From Minisyncoccota bacterium (lineage in GTDB: Bacteria > Patescibacteriota > Minisyncoccia > Minisyncoccales > Minisyncoccaceae): a stretch of DNA of 40,996 nt. Below, piece by piece: positions 18,642 to 25,631 of this stretch. A program made the position numbers and the translations under genes. Every line of letters starts with the position of its first letter. Positions within the stretch are counted from its first letter, which is position 1. The notes beneath the pieces are model-generated. The model searched no databases, was not told the origin of the DNA, and was given only the letters and a program-made list of their open reading frames with translations. The stretch is taken from NCBI GenBank assembly GCA_028708155.1, contig JAQVZN010000001.1, forward strand, positions 1 through 40,996. The letters run 5' to 3'.

Positions 18642-19822
18642 AAAAGGTTTTGCCAGACAATCCAGGAATTTATCTTTTTTATAAAGATAAAGAACTTTTA
18701 TATGTTGGAAAAGCAACTTCTTTAAAAAATAGAGTGAGAAGTTATTTTTCTAATTCTAAAAATATGAGACCTATTGAGGTTTTAATTAGTGAAATAAATG
18801 ATATAAAATGGATTGTAACAGATTCTGTTATTGAGGCTGCTATTTTAGAAGCTAAATACATAAAAAAATTTAAACCTAGGTATAATGTTATTGGAAAAGA
18901 TGATAAGAGTTGGATTTATTTCTATTTAACAAAAGAGGATTTTCCTAAATTAAAAACAATTAGAGAGCATGATTTAAAAGGGCTTAAAGCTAAAAAAATA
19001 TTTGGACCATATCCTAATATTAAGACAGCCGAAATGATGAGGATTTTACATTTCTTATTTTTTGTTTCTAAATGTAACCCTAATCAAAAAAAACCTTGCT
19101 TTGATTATCAAATTAAAAAGTGTTTAGGGGTTTGTATAAATAAAATAAGCAAGGAGGAATATGAAAAAATGGTTATAAAACCACTTATTCAATTTTTGAA
19201 TGGAAACAAGAAGGGGGTTATTAAAAATCTAGAAAAACAAATGAAAATTTTAGCTAAAGAAAAACGTTTCGAGGAAGCGAATAGAATTAAGTTTCAAATC
19301 TTCAGATTAAAAAAAATTCAAGACGCTTCTCTTATTAATAAAAGTTTCGTTGAAGATATTTTAGACGAACCAAAAAAAGATTTAAGAATTGAGGGTTATG
19401 ATATTTCTAATTTAGGAAATGATTATAAGGTTGGCAGTATGGTTGTTTCTGATTCTAAAGGGCCGATTAAAAAAGAATACAAAAAATTTAAAATAAAAAC
19501 TGTTGAAAAACAAAGCGATATTGATTGTTTAAAAGAAGTTTTTGAAAGAAGATTAAAACATGCAGAATGGGGAAAGCCAGACATTATTTTGATTGATGGT
19601 GGAAAGGGGCAAGTAAATCTAGGAAAAAAGATATTTAAGGATATTTTTATTTTAGGTATTGCTAAAGGAAAAGATAGAAAAAAGGATGAGTTTATATATG
19701 GAGGGAAAGATAAAGAATTTATTAGCTTTATAGAAAAAAATAAAAATTTGTTTATATCTTTAAGGGACGAGGCCCATCGTTTTGCTATAAGTTATCAAAA
19801 AAGACTTGCGCGAATAAAATAG
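18638..19822 (+). CDS. uvrC: excinuclease ABC subunit C, short form lacking the (HhH)2 domain
   Basis: 394 aa. It has a GIY-YIG domain (PGIYLFY...LLYVGKA...NRV), a UVR motif (KEKRFEEANRIKFQI) and an endonuclease domain (RIEGYDISN...IDGGKGQ...RDEAHRFA). The start overlaps the uvrA stop (ATGA). Confidence 0.85.
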   Translation: MKKVLPDNPGIYLFYKDKELLYVGKATSLKNRVRSYFSNSKNMRPIEVLISEINDIKWIVTDSVIEAAILEAKYIKKFKPRYNVIGKDDKSWIYFYLTKEDFPKLKTIREHDLKGLKAKKIFGPYPNIKTAEMMRILHFLFFVSKCNPNQKKPCFDYQIKKCLGVCINKISKEEYEKMVIKPLIQFLNGNKKGVIKNLEKQMKILAKEKRFEEANRIKFQIFRLKKIQDASLINKSFVEDILDEPKKDLRIEGYDISNLGNDYKVGSMVVSDSKGPIKKEYKKFKIKTVEKQSDIDCLKEVFERRLKHAEWGKPDIILIDGGKGQVNLGKKIFKDIFILGIAKGKDRKKDEFIYGGKDKEFISFIEKNKNLFISLRDEAHRFAISYQKRLARIK

Positions 19823-19834
19823 TTTTAGTATAAT
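19806..19834 (+). promoter_or_regulatory. candidate promoter TTGCGC-17-TATAAT embedded in the last codons of uvrC
   Basis: TTGCGC lies at 19806-19811 and TATAAT at 19829-19834. The -10 ends 8 nt before ATG 19843. It shares the block TTTTAGTATAATCT with 32909-32922. Confidence 0.45.
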
Positions 19835-19842
19835 CTTATTAT

Positions 19843-20106
19843 ATGATAGTTTTAATTGTAGGAAACAAACAAAAAGAATCAGAAGATCTTTATAAAAACG
19901 CTCAAAAAGCTTCTGATGGTTTAAAAGAGATTGAGGTTAGTTTTATAAATGAAGAGAGCGATCTTTATGAACTTCCCTTAGTAGTAATAAATAATATTAT
20001 AGTTTCTTCGGGTACTGTTTTAAGTGTAGAAGAACTTAAAGAAGCATTTAATAATCCTCCTCAAGGATGTTCAGGTTCTTGTGGTTCTTGTGGGGGTTGC
20101 GCATAA
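19843..20106 (+). CDS. thioredoxin-fold (Thioredoxin_3/redox-active-disulfide-protein-2-like) protein lacking CxxC, with a Cys-rich tail
   Basis: 87 aa. MIVLIVGN...LPLVVINNIIVSSGTVLSVEELKEAF aligns by eye to MKI.VLGtGCpkC...PalviNGkvvssGrvps.eEikk. The CxxC position reads NKQK. The C-terminus is GCSGSCGSCGGCA. Confidence 0.55.
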   Translation: MIVLIVGNKQKESEDLYKNAQKASDGLKEIEVSFINEESDLYELPLVVINNIIVSSGTVLSVEELKEAFNNPPQGCSGSCGSCGGCA

Positions 20107-20110
20107 AATT

Positions 20111-20755
20111 ATGAAAAAAAATTTTAACATAGGAGAAAATATTGGTTTTGGTTTAGACAGGGTTATAAATAATTTATGGTTTTTTATTTCAGTTTTTTTA
20201 TTTGCCTTTTTATTGTTAATCAGTTCTTCATATCTTGATACTTCAGCGCTTCCATGTTTGACTGCGTTTGCTTTTGATATGTTGATTTTCATAGTTATTT
20301 TTCTTTTATTTTTTGTAATATCAATAGGATTACATAAAATAGCTTTAATTTTAACTAATAAAGAAAAGGTTGAAATAAAAGAAATCAATGATTTACTGCC
20401 AATTTTACCTAAGTTTATTTTGACTATGGTAATGTATAAAGTAATTGTTCTTTTAGGTTTTATTCTCTTTATTATTCCTGGAATAATTTTTGCTATTAAA
20501 TATCAATTTGCTCCGTTTATTGTTTTAAATGAAAAAAATGTTTCAATAAGAGAATCTTTCAAGAAAAGTAGTTTACTTGCATCATCTTTGCAGTGGAAGC
20601 TTTTCTTCTTTGAAATTTTTACAGCTTTTATTAATTTCTTTGGATTTATGTGTTTTGGCTTTGGGCTTGCGATTACTCTTCCTTTAACAATTATTGCTAG
20701 AGCTAAAATTTATAAAGAATTAAAAAAAGCTAATGGAAAAAGTCATACTAAATAA
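20111..20755 (+). CDS. polytopic membrane protein (DUF975/YciC-like)
   Basis: 214 aa from ATG 20111, 4 nt after the preceding stop; the track ORF at 20081 is an upstream extension. It has about 5 TM helices, and the loop KYQFAPFIVLNEKNVSIRESFKKS is typical of DUF975-type proteins. Confidence 0.45.
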   Translation: MKKNFNIGENIGFGLDRVINNLWFFISVFLFAFLLLISSSYLDTSALPCLTAFAFDMLIFIVIFLLFFVISIGLHKIALILTNKEKVEIKEINDLLPILPKFILTMVMYKVIVLLGFILFIIPGIIFAIKYQFAPFIVLNEKNVSIRESFKKSSLLASSLQWKLFFFEIFTAFINFFGFMCFGFGLAITLPLTIIARAKIYKELKKANGKSHTK

Positions 20756-21281
20756 AAAGATTGGTGTTCTTTTAACAGATACTATTTATGGGATAGTTGG
20801 ACAAGCGCTAGACAAAGATGTCGTTGAAAGAATATATAAAGTTAAAAAAAGAAATCCTAAAAAACCGTTAATTGTTTTAATTTCTTCTTTTGACGATTTA
20901 TCTAATATTTTTGATATTAAACTTACTAATAATCAGATTAAAATACTAAATGAATTTTGGCCAGGAAAGGTTAGTGTTATTTTACCTTGCACAAAATATG
21001 AACATTTAGGCAGAGGAACTAATTCAATAGCTTTTAGATTGCCATCAAATAAGAGTTTGATAGAGCTAGTTAAAAAAACAGGACCTATTGTGGCTACTTC
21101 GGTTAATAAAGAAGGAGACGTTCCTGCTAAAAATATAGAAGAAGCGAAAAAATATTTTGGAAACGAAATGGATTTTTATATTGATTCTGGGGAAGCAAAA
21201 TCAGAACCTTCTTTGTTAATTAATTTAAAAAGTGAGGACGAAGTAGAAATATTAAGAGGAAAAATATGTCTAAAAGATTGA
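20733..21281 (+). CDS. tsaC: L-threonylcarbamoyladenylate synthase (TsaC/YrdC/Sua5 domain)
   Basis: 182 aa. YrdC-domain motifs are present: LLTDTIYGIVGQA, KKRNPKKPLIVLI, FWPGKVSVIL, IAFRLP and ATSVNKEGD. Confidence 0.85.
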   Translation: MEKVILNKKIGVLLTDTIYGIVGQALDKDVVERIYKVKKRNPKKPLIVLISSFDDLSNIFDIKLTNNQIKILNEFWPGKVSVILPCTKYEHLGRGTNSIAFRLPSNKSLIELVKKTGPIVATSVNKEGDVPAKNIEEAKKYFGNEMDFYIDSGEAKSEPSLLINLKSEDEVEILRGKICLKD

Positions 21282-22585
21282 TTTTTTTAATTTTAATAAT
21301 ATTTGCTTCTTTTCTTTTTTTAAATAAATTAGATTCAGATTTTTTAGAGAAGCAAGAACTTTCTTATTCAGGAATTATCTTTTCAAATCTAGAAAATTTA
21401 GATCAGAAAATTTTATTAAAAGATTCTGAAGATTTTGGAATAGATTATGAGAATAATATAATTTTTTCTGGAAATGATAAATATATTTTAGAAACTTATT
21501 TAGACTCTCTTGATTGTAAGGACAATGTTTTAGTAGCAGAATATAGTTTTACTGATTACGATTTTTTTAATAGAAGTTTTTTAAATAATCTTTCAAATAG
21601 TCTATATGGAGTCTATTATTTTTCAAATAAATGTGGAAGGTCAAAATATATTTTTAAAGATGGTAATTTATATTTTGAAGAAAAAGGAGAAGATATTAGA
21701 CATAGTTTTTTATTTGTTGGGGACATGATGTTTGATAGAGGAGTAGAGTTACTTATAAAACAGAATGATGATTTTAATTATCCTTTTTATAATATTTCAA
21801 ATTATTTAAAAAGAGCAGATGTTCTTATCGGAAATCTAGAAGGTCCTATTGTAAGCACGCCTACTTTTATTTCTTCAAATTCAATGAGTTTTTCCTTTGA
21901 CAGAAAAATAGCTTCGGTGCTTAAAGAAAATAATTTTAGTATAGTTTCTTTAGCTAATAATCATACTTGCAACATGAGCACTAGTGGACTTAATGAAACT
22001 AAGAAGTATTTAGAAGATAGTGATGTTGATTATATTGGAGATCCGGTAACTTGCTCTATTGATGACATTGTTTTAAAAAATGGAGTAGTCTTTTACGCGG
22101 TTAACAAAACTTTTGATTTTAATTGTTCAAATGAAGAGATTCAAAATAATGTTCAGAAAATAAAAGATAAATATCCTGATAATTTTTTAGTAGTTTTGCC
22201 TCATTTTGGAGAGGAATATATGCAAAAAGCTTCTCTAGCGCAAGAAGAGTTAGCTCATCTTATAATTGACGCTGGAGCAGATTTAATTATTGGTGGACAT
22301 TCTCACGTTCTTCAAAATATAGAAAAATATAAAAATAAATTAATTTTTTATTCATTAGGTAATTTTATATTTGATCAATATTTTTCAGAGGAAACACAGG
22401 AAGGACTCATGGTTGGACTTGAGATAATAGATGAGAAGCAAATTTATACCTTGCTTACAATTGAAGAAATAAAAGCACAACCTTTTTTATCTAATAAGCT
22501 TGATTTTTTAGCTTCTATTTCTTCTCCTGAAATAAAAACAGAAATTGAAAAGGGAGAGATAATTATTTATCAAAAAGATCAATAA
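21266..22585 (+). CDS. CapA/PGA_cap-family metallophosphatase-like protein, membrane-anchored
   Basis: 439 aa with an N-terminal TM helix. Family motifs are present: FVGDMMFDRGV, GNLEGPI, LANNHT, GGHSHVLQ and YSLGNFIFDQ. Confidence 0.75.
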   Translation: MSKRLIFLILIIFASFLFLNKLDSDFLEKQELSYSGIIFSNLENLDQKILLKDSEDFGIDYENNIIFSGNDKYILETYLDSLDCKDNVLVAEYSFTDYDFFNRSFLNNLSNSLYGVYYFSNKCGRSKYIFKDGNLYFEEKGEDIRHSFLFVGDMMFDRGVELLIKQNDDFNYPFYNISNYLKRADVLIGNLEGPIVSTPTFISSNSMSFSFDRKIASVLKENNFSIVSLANNHTCNMSTSGLNETKKYLEDSDVDYIGDPVTCSIDDIVLKNGVVFYAVNKTFDFNCSNEEIQNNVQKIKDKYPDNFLVVLPHFGEEYMQKASLAQEELAHLIIDAGADLIIGGHSHVLQNIEKYKNKLIFYSLGNFIFDQYFSEETQEGLMVGLEIIDEKQIYTLLTIEEIKAQPFLSNKLDFLASISSPEIKTEIEKGEIIIYQKDQ

Positions 22586-23387
22586 AATACTTAAAATTAT
22601 TAGCTATTTTTTGAGAAGCTTTTTCTCTAGTTATAAGTCCGTTAATATATTTTTCAATTGGCTCCATAAAAGTTGTTCTGCCTATTGCGAAACCAATAAT
22701 GTTTTTTATTTTTTTAGATTCGATAAGCCATTTTTTTACTTTAGCTTTCGATTCACCTCTACCTAAAAAGATTATTTTAGAATCGTTTTTAATTATTTTA
22801 TTAATTTCTTTCCATTCTTTTTCTCTAAATCCTTCTAATTTCCAAATATTAACTTTAATATTTTCTTGAATTTCTTTTATGGCAACAAGAGTTCTTTCTA
22901 TTCTTAGGTATTTGTCGTAATCTTTAGTTAATTCTAAATCTTTCTTTGTGGGAGGAACTAAAAGCTCTAAAATTGTTTTGTAATTATTTTTTAAACAAAA
23001 AGTATTAACTTTTTTAAGAATAGTAATCTGTTTTTTATTTTCTTTAATGTTTAAAGGATTATATCTGATTAATATTTTAATATAATCGGGATTTATTTTT
23101 TTAACCTCTTTTAGATCTTTATATTCTAATTCTAAAATTTTCTTTCCGCTTTTTTCAATAGGGAGACATAAGGTAATTTTATTCTCTTGAGCGTATTTAA
23201 TTATTGATTTTCCATATTTTTCATCAACTAAAATACCTAAATTTTTCTTGTTTTTAGAGCTATTATAAACTTTTAAAAATCCTTCAAAAATAATTTGTTT
23301 TAACTCTTCAACCTTTTTCTTATTAGGATTCTCTAAAATTTTTATAAAAGATGACCTGTGGTCAAATGGTAAAATATATAATTTCAT
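22563..23387 (-). CDS. TIM-barrel aldolase-like protein (DUF2090-like)
   Basis: 274 aa. The N-terminal YILPFDHRSSF and overall K-rich barrel-like periodicity recall the DUF2090/IolC-C-terminal family. The assignment is weak. Confidence 0.4.
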   Translation of the reverse strand: MKLYILPFDHRSSFIKILENPNKKKVEELKQIIFEGFLKVYNSSKNKKNLGILVDEKYGKSIIKYAQENKITLCLPIEKSGKKILELEYKDLKEVKKINPDYIKILIRYNPLNIKENKKQITILKKVNTFCLKNNYKTILELLVPPTKKDLELTKDYDKYLRIERTLVAIKEIQENIKVNIWKLEGFREKEWKEINKIIKNDSKIIFLGRGESKAKVKKWLIESKKIKNIIGFAIGRTTFMEPIEKYINGLITREKASQKIANNFKYFIDLFDK

Positions 23388-23407
23388 ACTTATAATATAT
23401 CTTTTTA

Positions 23408-23435
23408 TTGCAATTCTTTCAACAGCTGATATAAT
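23408..23435 (+). promoter_or_regulatory. candidate promoter TTGCAA-16-TATAAT; -10 ends 6 nt before the ATG (leaderless mRNA predicted)
   Basis: TTGCAA lies at 23408-23413, TATAAT at 23430-23435 and the ATG at 23442. No purine-rich SD lies between them. Confidence 0.5.
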
Positions 23436-23441
23436 TTAATT

Positions 23442-24761
23442 ATGAAAGTATCTTTTTTAGGAGCCGCAAGAGAAGTTACAGGGTCAGCTATTTTAATAGA
23501 ATCAGCAGAAGCAAACTTTTTAGTTGATTTTGGTATGTTTCAAGGACTTAATTCCTATGCTAAAAACATGAGAGATTTTAATTTTGATCCTAAAAAAATT
23601 GATTTTGTTTTATTGACTCATGCGCATTTAGATCATTCTGGAAGATTGCCTAAATTATGCAAGGAAGGATTTTCGGGAAAAGTTTTTTCAACAGAGGCTA
23701 CTCGAGATTTAGCTGAAATTATTCTTCTTGATTCTGTTTCTATATTTGAAAAAGATGGAAGGCCTCCTTTATATAAATATGAAGACGTTTCTTCGCTGTT
23801 AAAATTATTTCAATGTTATAAATATGGAGACAGTTTCGAGTTTAAAAATATTAAAATTAAATTAAATGATGCGGGGCACATATTAGGTTCTACTATTTTT
23901 GAAGTTTTTGTTGAAGGAAAAAAGCTCGTTTTTTCTGGAGATTTAGGGAATAATAATGCTCCCATTATTAAAGATACTGATTTTATTGATTCTGGAGATA
24001 TTGTTTTTGTAGAGTCAACCTACGGAGGACTGATCCACAAACAAAGAAGCGAAGGAGTTAAGGAGCTTCTTTCAGCTATTAATGAAGTTATTGATAAAAA
24101 TTCCGTTCTTTTAATTCCTAGTTTTAGTATAGAAAGAACCCAAGAGTTATTATTTGAAATTAATAATTTTGTAGAGAGCAAAAAGATTTCTAATATTAAT
24201 ATTTTTTTAGACAGTCCTTTAGCTATTAAAGCCACGAAGATATATAAAGGTTATAAAAATATTTTTGACAAAGAATCAATAAAATTAATAAATGGAGGAG
24301 ATGATATCTTTGATTTCGAAGGATTAAAAGAAACGGAAAAGGCTAAGGATTCTTTTAGAATAATAAAAACTTCTAATCCTAAAATAATTATTGCTGGATC
24401 GGGTATGTGCTCTGGAGGTAGAATGCCTTTTTATATAAAACATTACGGAAAAGATAAAAATAATATTATTTTATTAAATTCTTACCAAGCAGAGGGAACT
24501 GTTGGTAGAAAAATAGAGAACGGAGAACAAGTTTTTATTAATGAAGTTGAGGTTCCTATTTTAGCTCAAGTTAAAAAAATTGATTCTTTTTCTTCTCATG
24601 CAGATTCGTTAAAGATCAAGGAGTGGGTTGCTAATATAAAACCAAAGAAAGTTTTTATTAATCATGGGGATTATGATAGAGCAGAGGCTCTTCATAGAGA
24701 CTTAAAAGATATTATAGACGAAGTTGTTATTTCAGAGCTTGAAAAAACATATTTACTTTGA
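23442..24761 (+). CDS. metallo-beta-lactamase / beta-CASP family RNA-processing nuclease
   Basis: 439 aa. It has the MBL motif LTHAHLDHSGRLP and beta-CASP motifs (ESTYG; SFSIERTQELL; FSSHAD; NHGD). Confidence 0.85.
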   Translation: MKVSFLGAAREVTGSAILIESAEANFLVDFGMFQGLNSYAKNMRDFNFDPKKIDFVLLTHAHLDHSGRLPKLCKEGFSGKVFSTEATRDLAEIILLDSVSIFEKDGRPPLYKYEDVSSLLKLFQCYKYGDSFEFKNIKIKLNDAGHILGSTIFEVFVEGKKLVFSGDLGNNNAPIIKDTDFIDSGDIVFVESTYGGLIHKQRSEGVKELLSAINEVIDKNSVLLIPSFSIERTQELLFEINNFVESKKISNINIFLDSPLAIKATKIYKGYKNIFDKESIKLINGGDDIFDFEGLKETEKAKDSFRIIKTSNPKIIIAGSGMCSGGRMPFYIKHYGKDKNNIILLNSYQAEGTVGRKIENGEQVFINEVEVPILAQVKKIDSFSSHADSLKIKEWVANIKPKKVFINHGDYDRAEALHRDLKDIIDEVVISELEKTYLL

Positions 24762-24795
24762 TATAATATTTAATAGATTATTTAATTTTAATAAT

Positions 24796-25518
24796 ATGAA
24801 AAAATCAAACATAATATCAGCAGTAATAATTTCTTTAGCATTAATTATTTCTGTTCTTATTTATTCAAACAATCTTTTTAAAATACAAAATTTGGACAAT
24901 ACGCTATCGACAACAGGTTCGGCTACAAAAATCGTAAGCTCGGATTTGGCTAAGCTTAAATCAAATTTTTCAAGAATTGTTTTTGAAAGTAAATTGAAAG
25001 ATGGTTACGCTCAAATGGCGGGAGATGAAAAAAAAGTTATAGAATTTTTAAAAAATAATAATATAACAGAGGAAGAATATACGATTTCTCCAGTTCAAAT
25101 GTTTGAAGAATATTCTTATAATAAAAGTTCTTATGAAGAAAAACAATATAATTTGTCTCAGCAAGTTATAGTAACTTCAAATGATATTGAAAAAATTAAG
25201 AATTTGTCTCAAAAAGCTAATGAACTTATTAATTTGGATGTAATTTATCAAACCAATTCTCCAGAATATTATTATACAAAACTTCCAGAAGAAAGAATTA
25301 GTCTTTTGCCAGAAGCGGTGAAAGATGCTCAAAAAAGAGCCGAAGCAATTGCTTTTAGTACAGACAGGAAAGTAGGAACTTTGAAGAGTGCTGACATGGG
25401 AGTAGTGCAAGTTATGCAACCAGATTCAGTTGATATTTCAAGCTATGGAACTTATGATACTTCAACAGTAGAGAAGGAAATAATGATTACAGTTAAGGCC
25501 AATTTCGTATTAAACTAA
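24796..25518 (+). CDS. membrane-anchored SIMPL/DUF541-like protein
   Basis: 240 aa from ATG 24796; the track start at 24724 overlaps the upstream gene. It has an N-terminal TM helix and a SIMPL-like layout, with a C-terminal helix AVKDAQKRAEAIAFSTDRKVGTL. Confidence 0.5.
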   Translation: MKKSNIISAVIISLALIISVLIYSNNLFKIQNLDNTLSTTGSATKIVSSDLAKLKSNFSRIVFESKLKDGYAQMAGDEKKVIEFLKNNNITEEEYTISPVQMFEEYSYNKSSYEEKQYNLSQQVIVTSNDIEKIKNLSQKANELINLDVIYQTNSPEYYYTKLPEERISLLPEAVKDAQKRAEAIAFSTDRKVGTLKSADMGVVQVMQPDSVDISSYGTYDTSTVEKEIMITVKANFVLN

Positions 25519-25533
25519 GATAATTATTAAATT

Positions 25534-25562
25534 AAAACACTTTTTGAAGTGTTTTAATTTTT
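25534..25562 (+). terminator. intrinsic terminator
   Basis: AAAACACUU-UUUG-AAGUGUUUU forms a 9-bp stem followed by AAUUUUU. Confidence 0.65.
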
Positions 25563-25572
25563 GGAAAAAGAC

Positions 25573-25600
25573 TTGAAATTAATTTTATATTTAGTATACT
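25573..25600 (+). promoter_or_regulatory. candidate promoter TTGAAA-16-TATACT
   Basis: TTGAAA lies at 25573-25578 and TATACT at 25595-25600, directly after the terminator and upstream of the ATP-grasp gene. Confidence 0.35.
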
Positions 25601-25631
25601 TTTGGAGTATTAATAAATATAAATTTTGAAC

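Noticed and set aside
20062-20106. The Cys-rich tail CSGSCGSCGGC as a radical-SAM CX3CX2C motif or a RiPP (SCIFF/ranthipeptide-like) core peptide
   Set aside because: The protein is 87 aa with a thioredoxin-like fold, not a TIM-barrel radical SAM enzyme. No radical-SAM maturase, protease or exporter is adjacent, so a RiPP reading is unsupported. I kept it only as a metal/thiol-tail hypothesis.
20071-20388. 105-aa minus-strand ORF spanning the Trx-like / membrane-protein junction
   Set aside because: It is antisense to two coupled plus-strand genes. It is K-rich and low-complexity, with no start-context support.
21266-22585. CapA-like gene as part of a poly-gamma-glutamate capsule locus
   Set aside because: CapB (Mur-ligase-like) and CapC partners are absent from the neighbourhood. 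Orphan CapA-type metallophosphatases are common.
24020-25419. Minus-strand ORFs 24020-24235 and 25177-25419
   Set aside because: They are antisense to the beta-CASP nuclease and SIMPL-like genes, so they are shadow frames.
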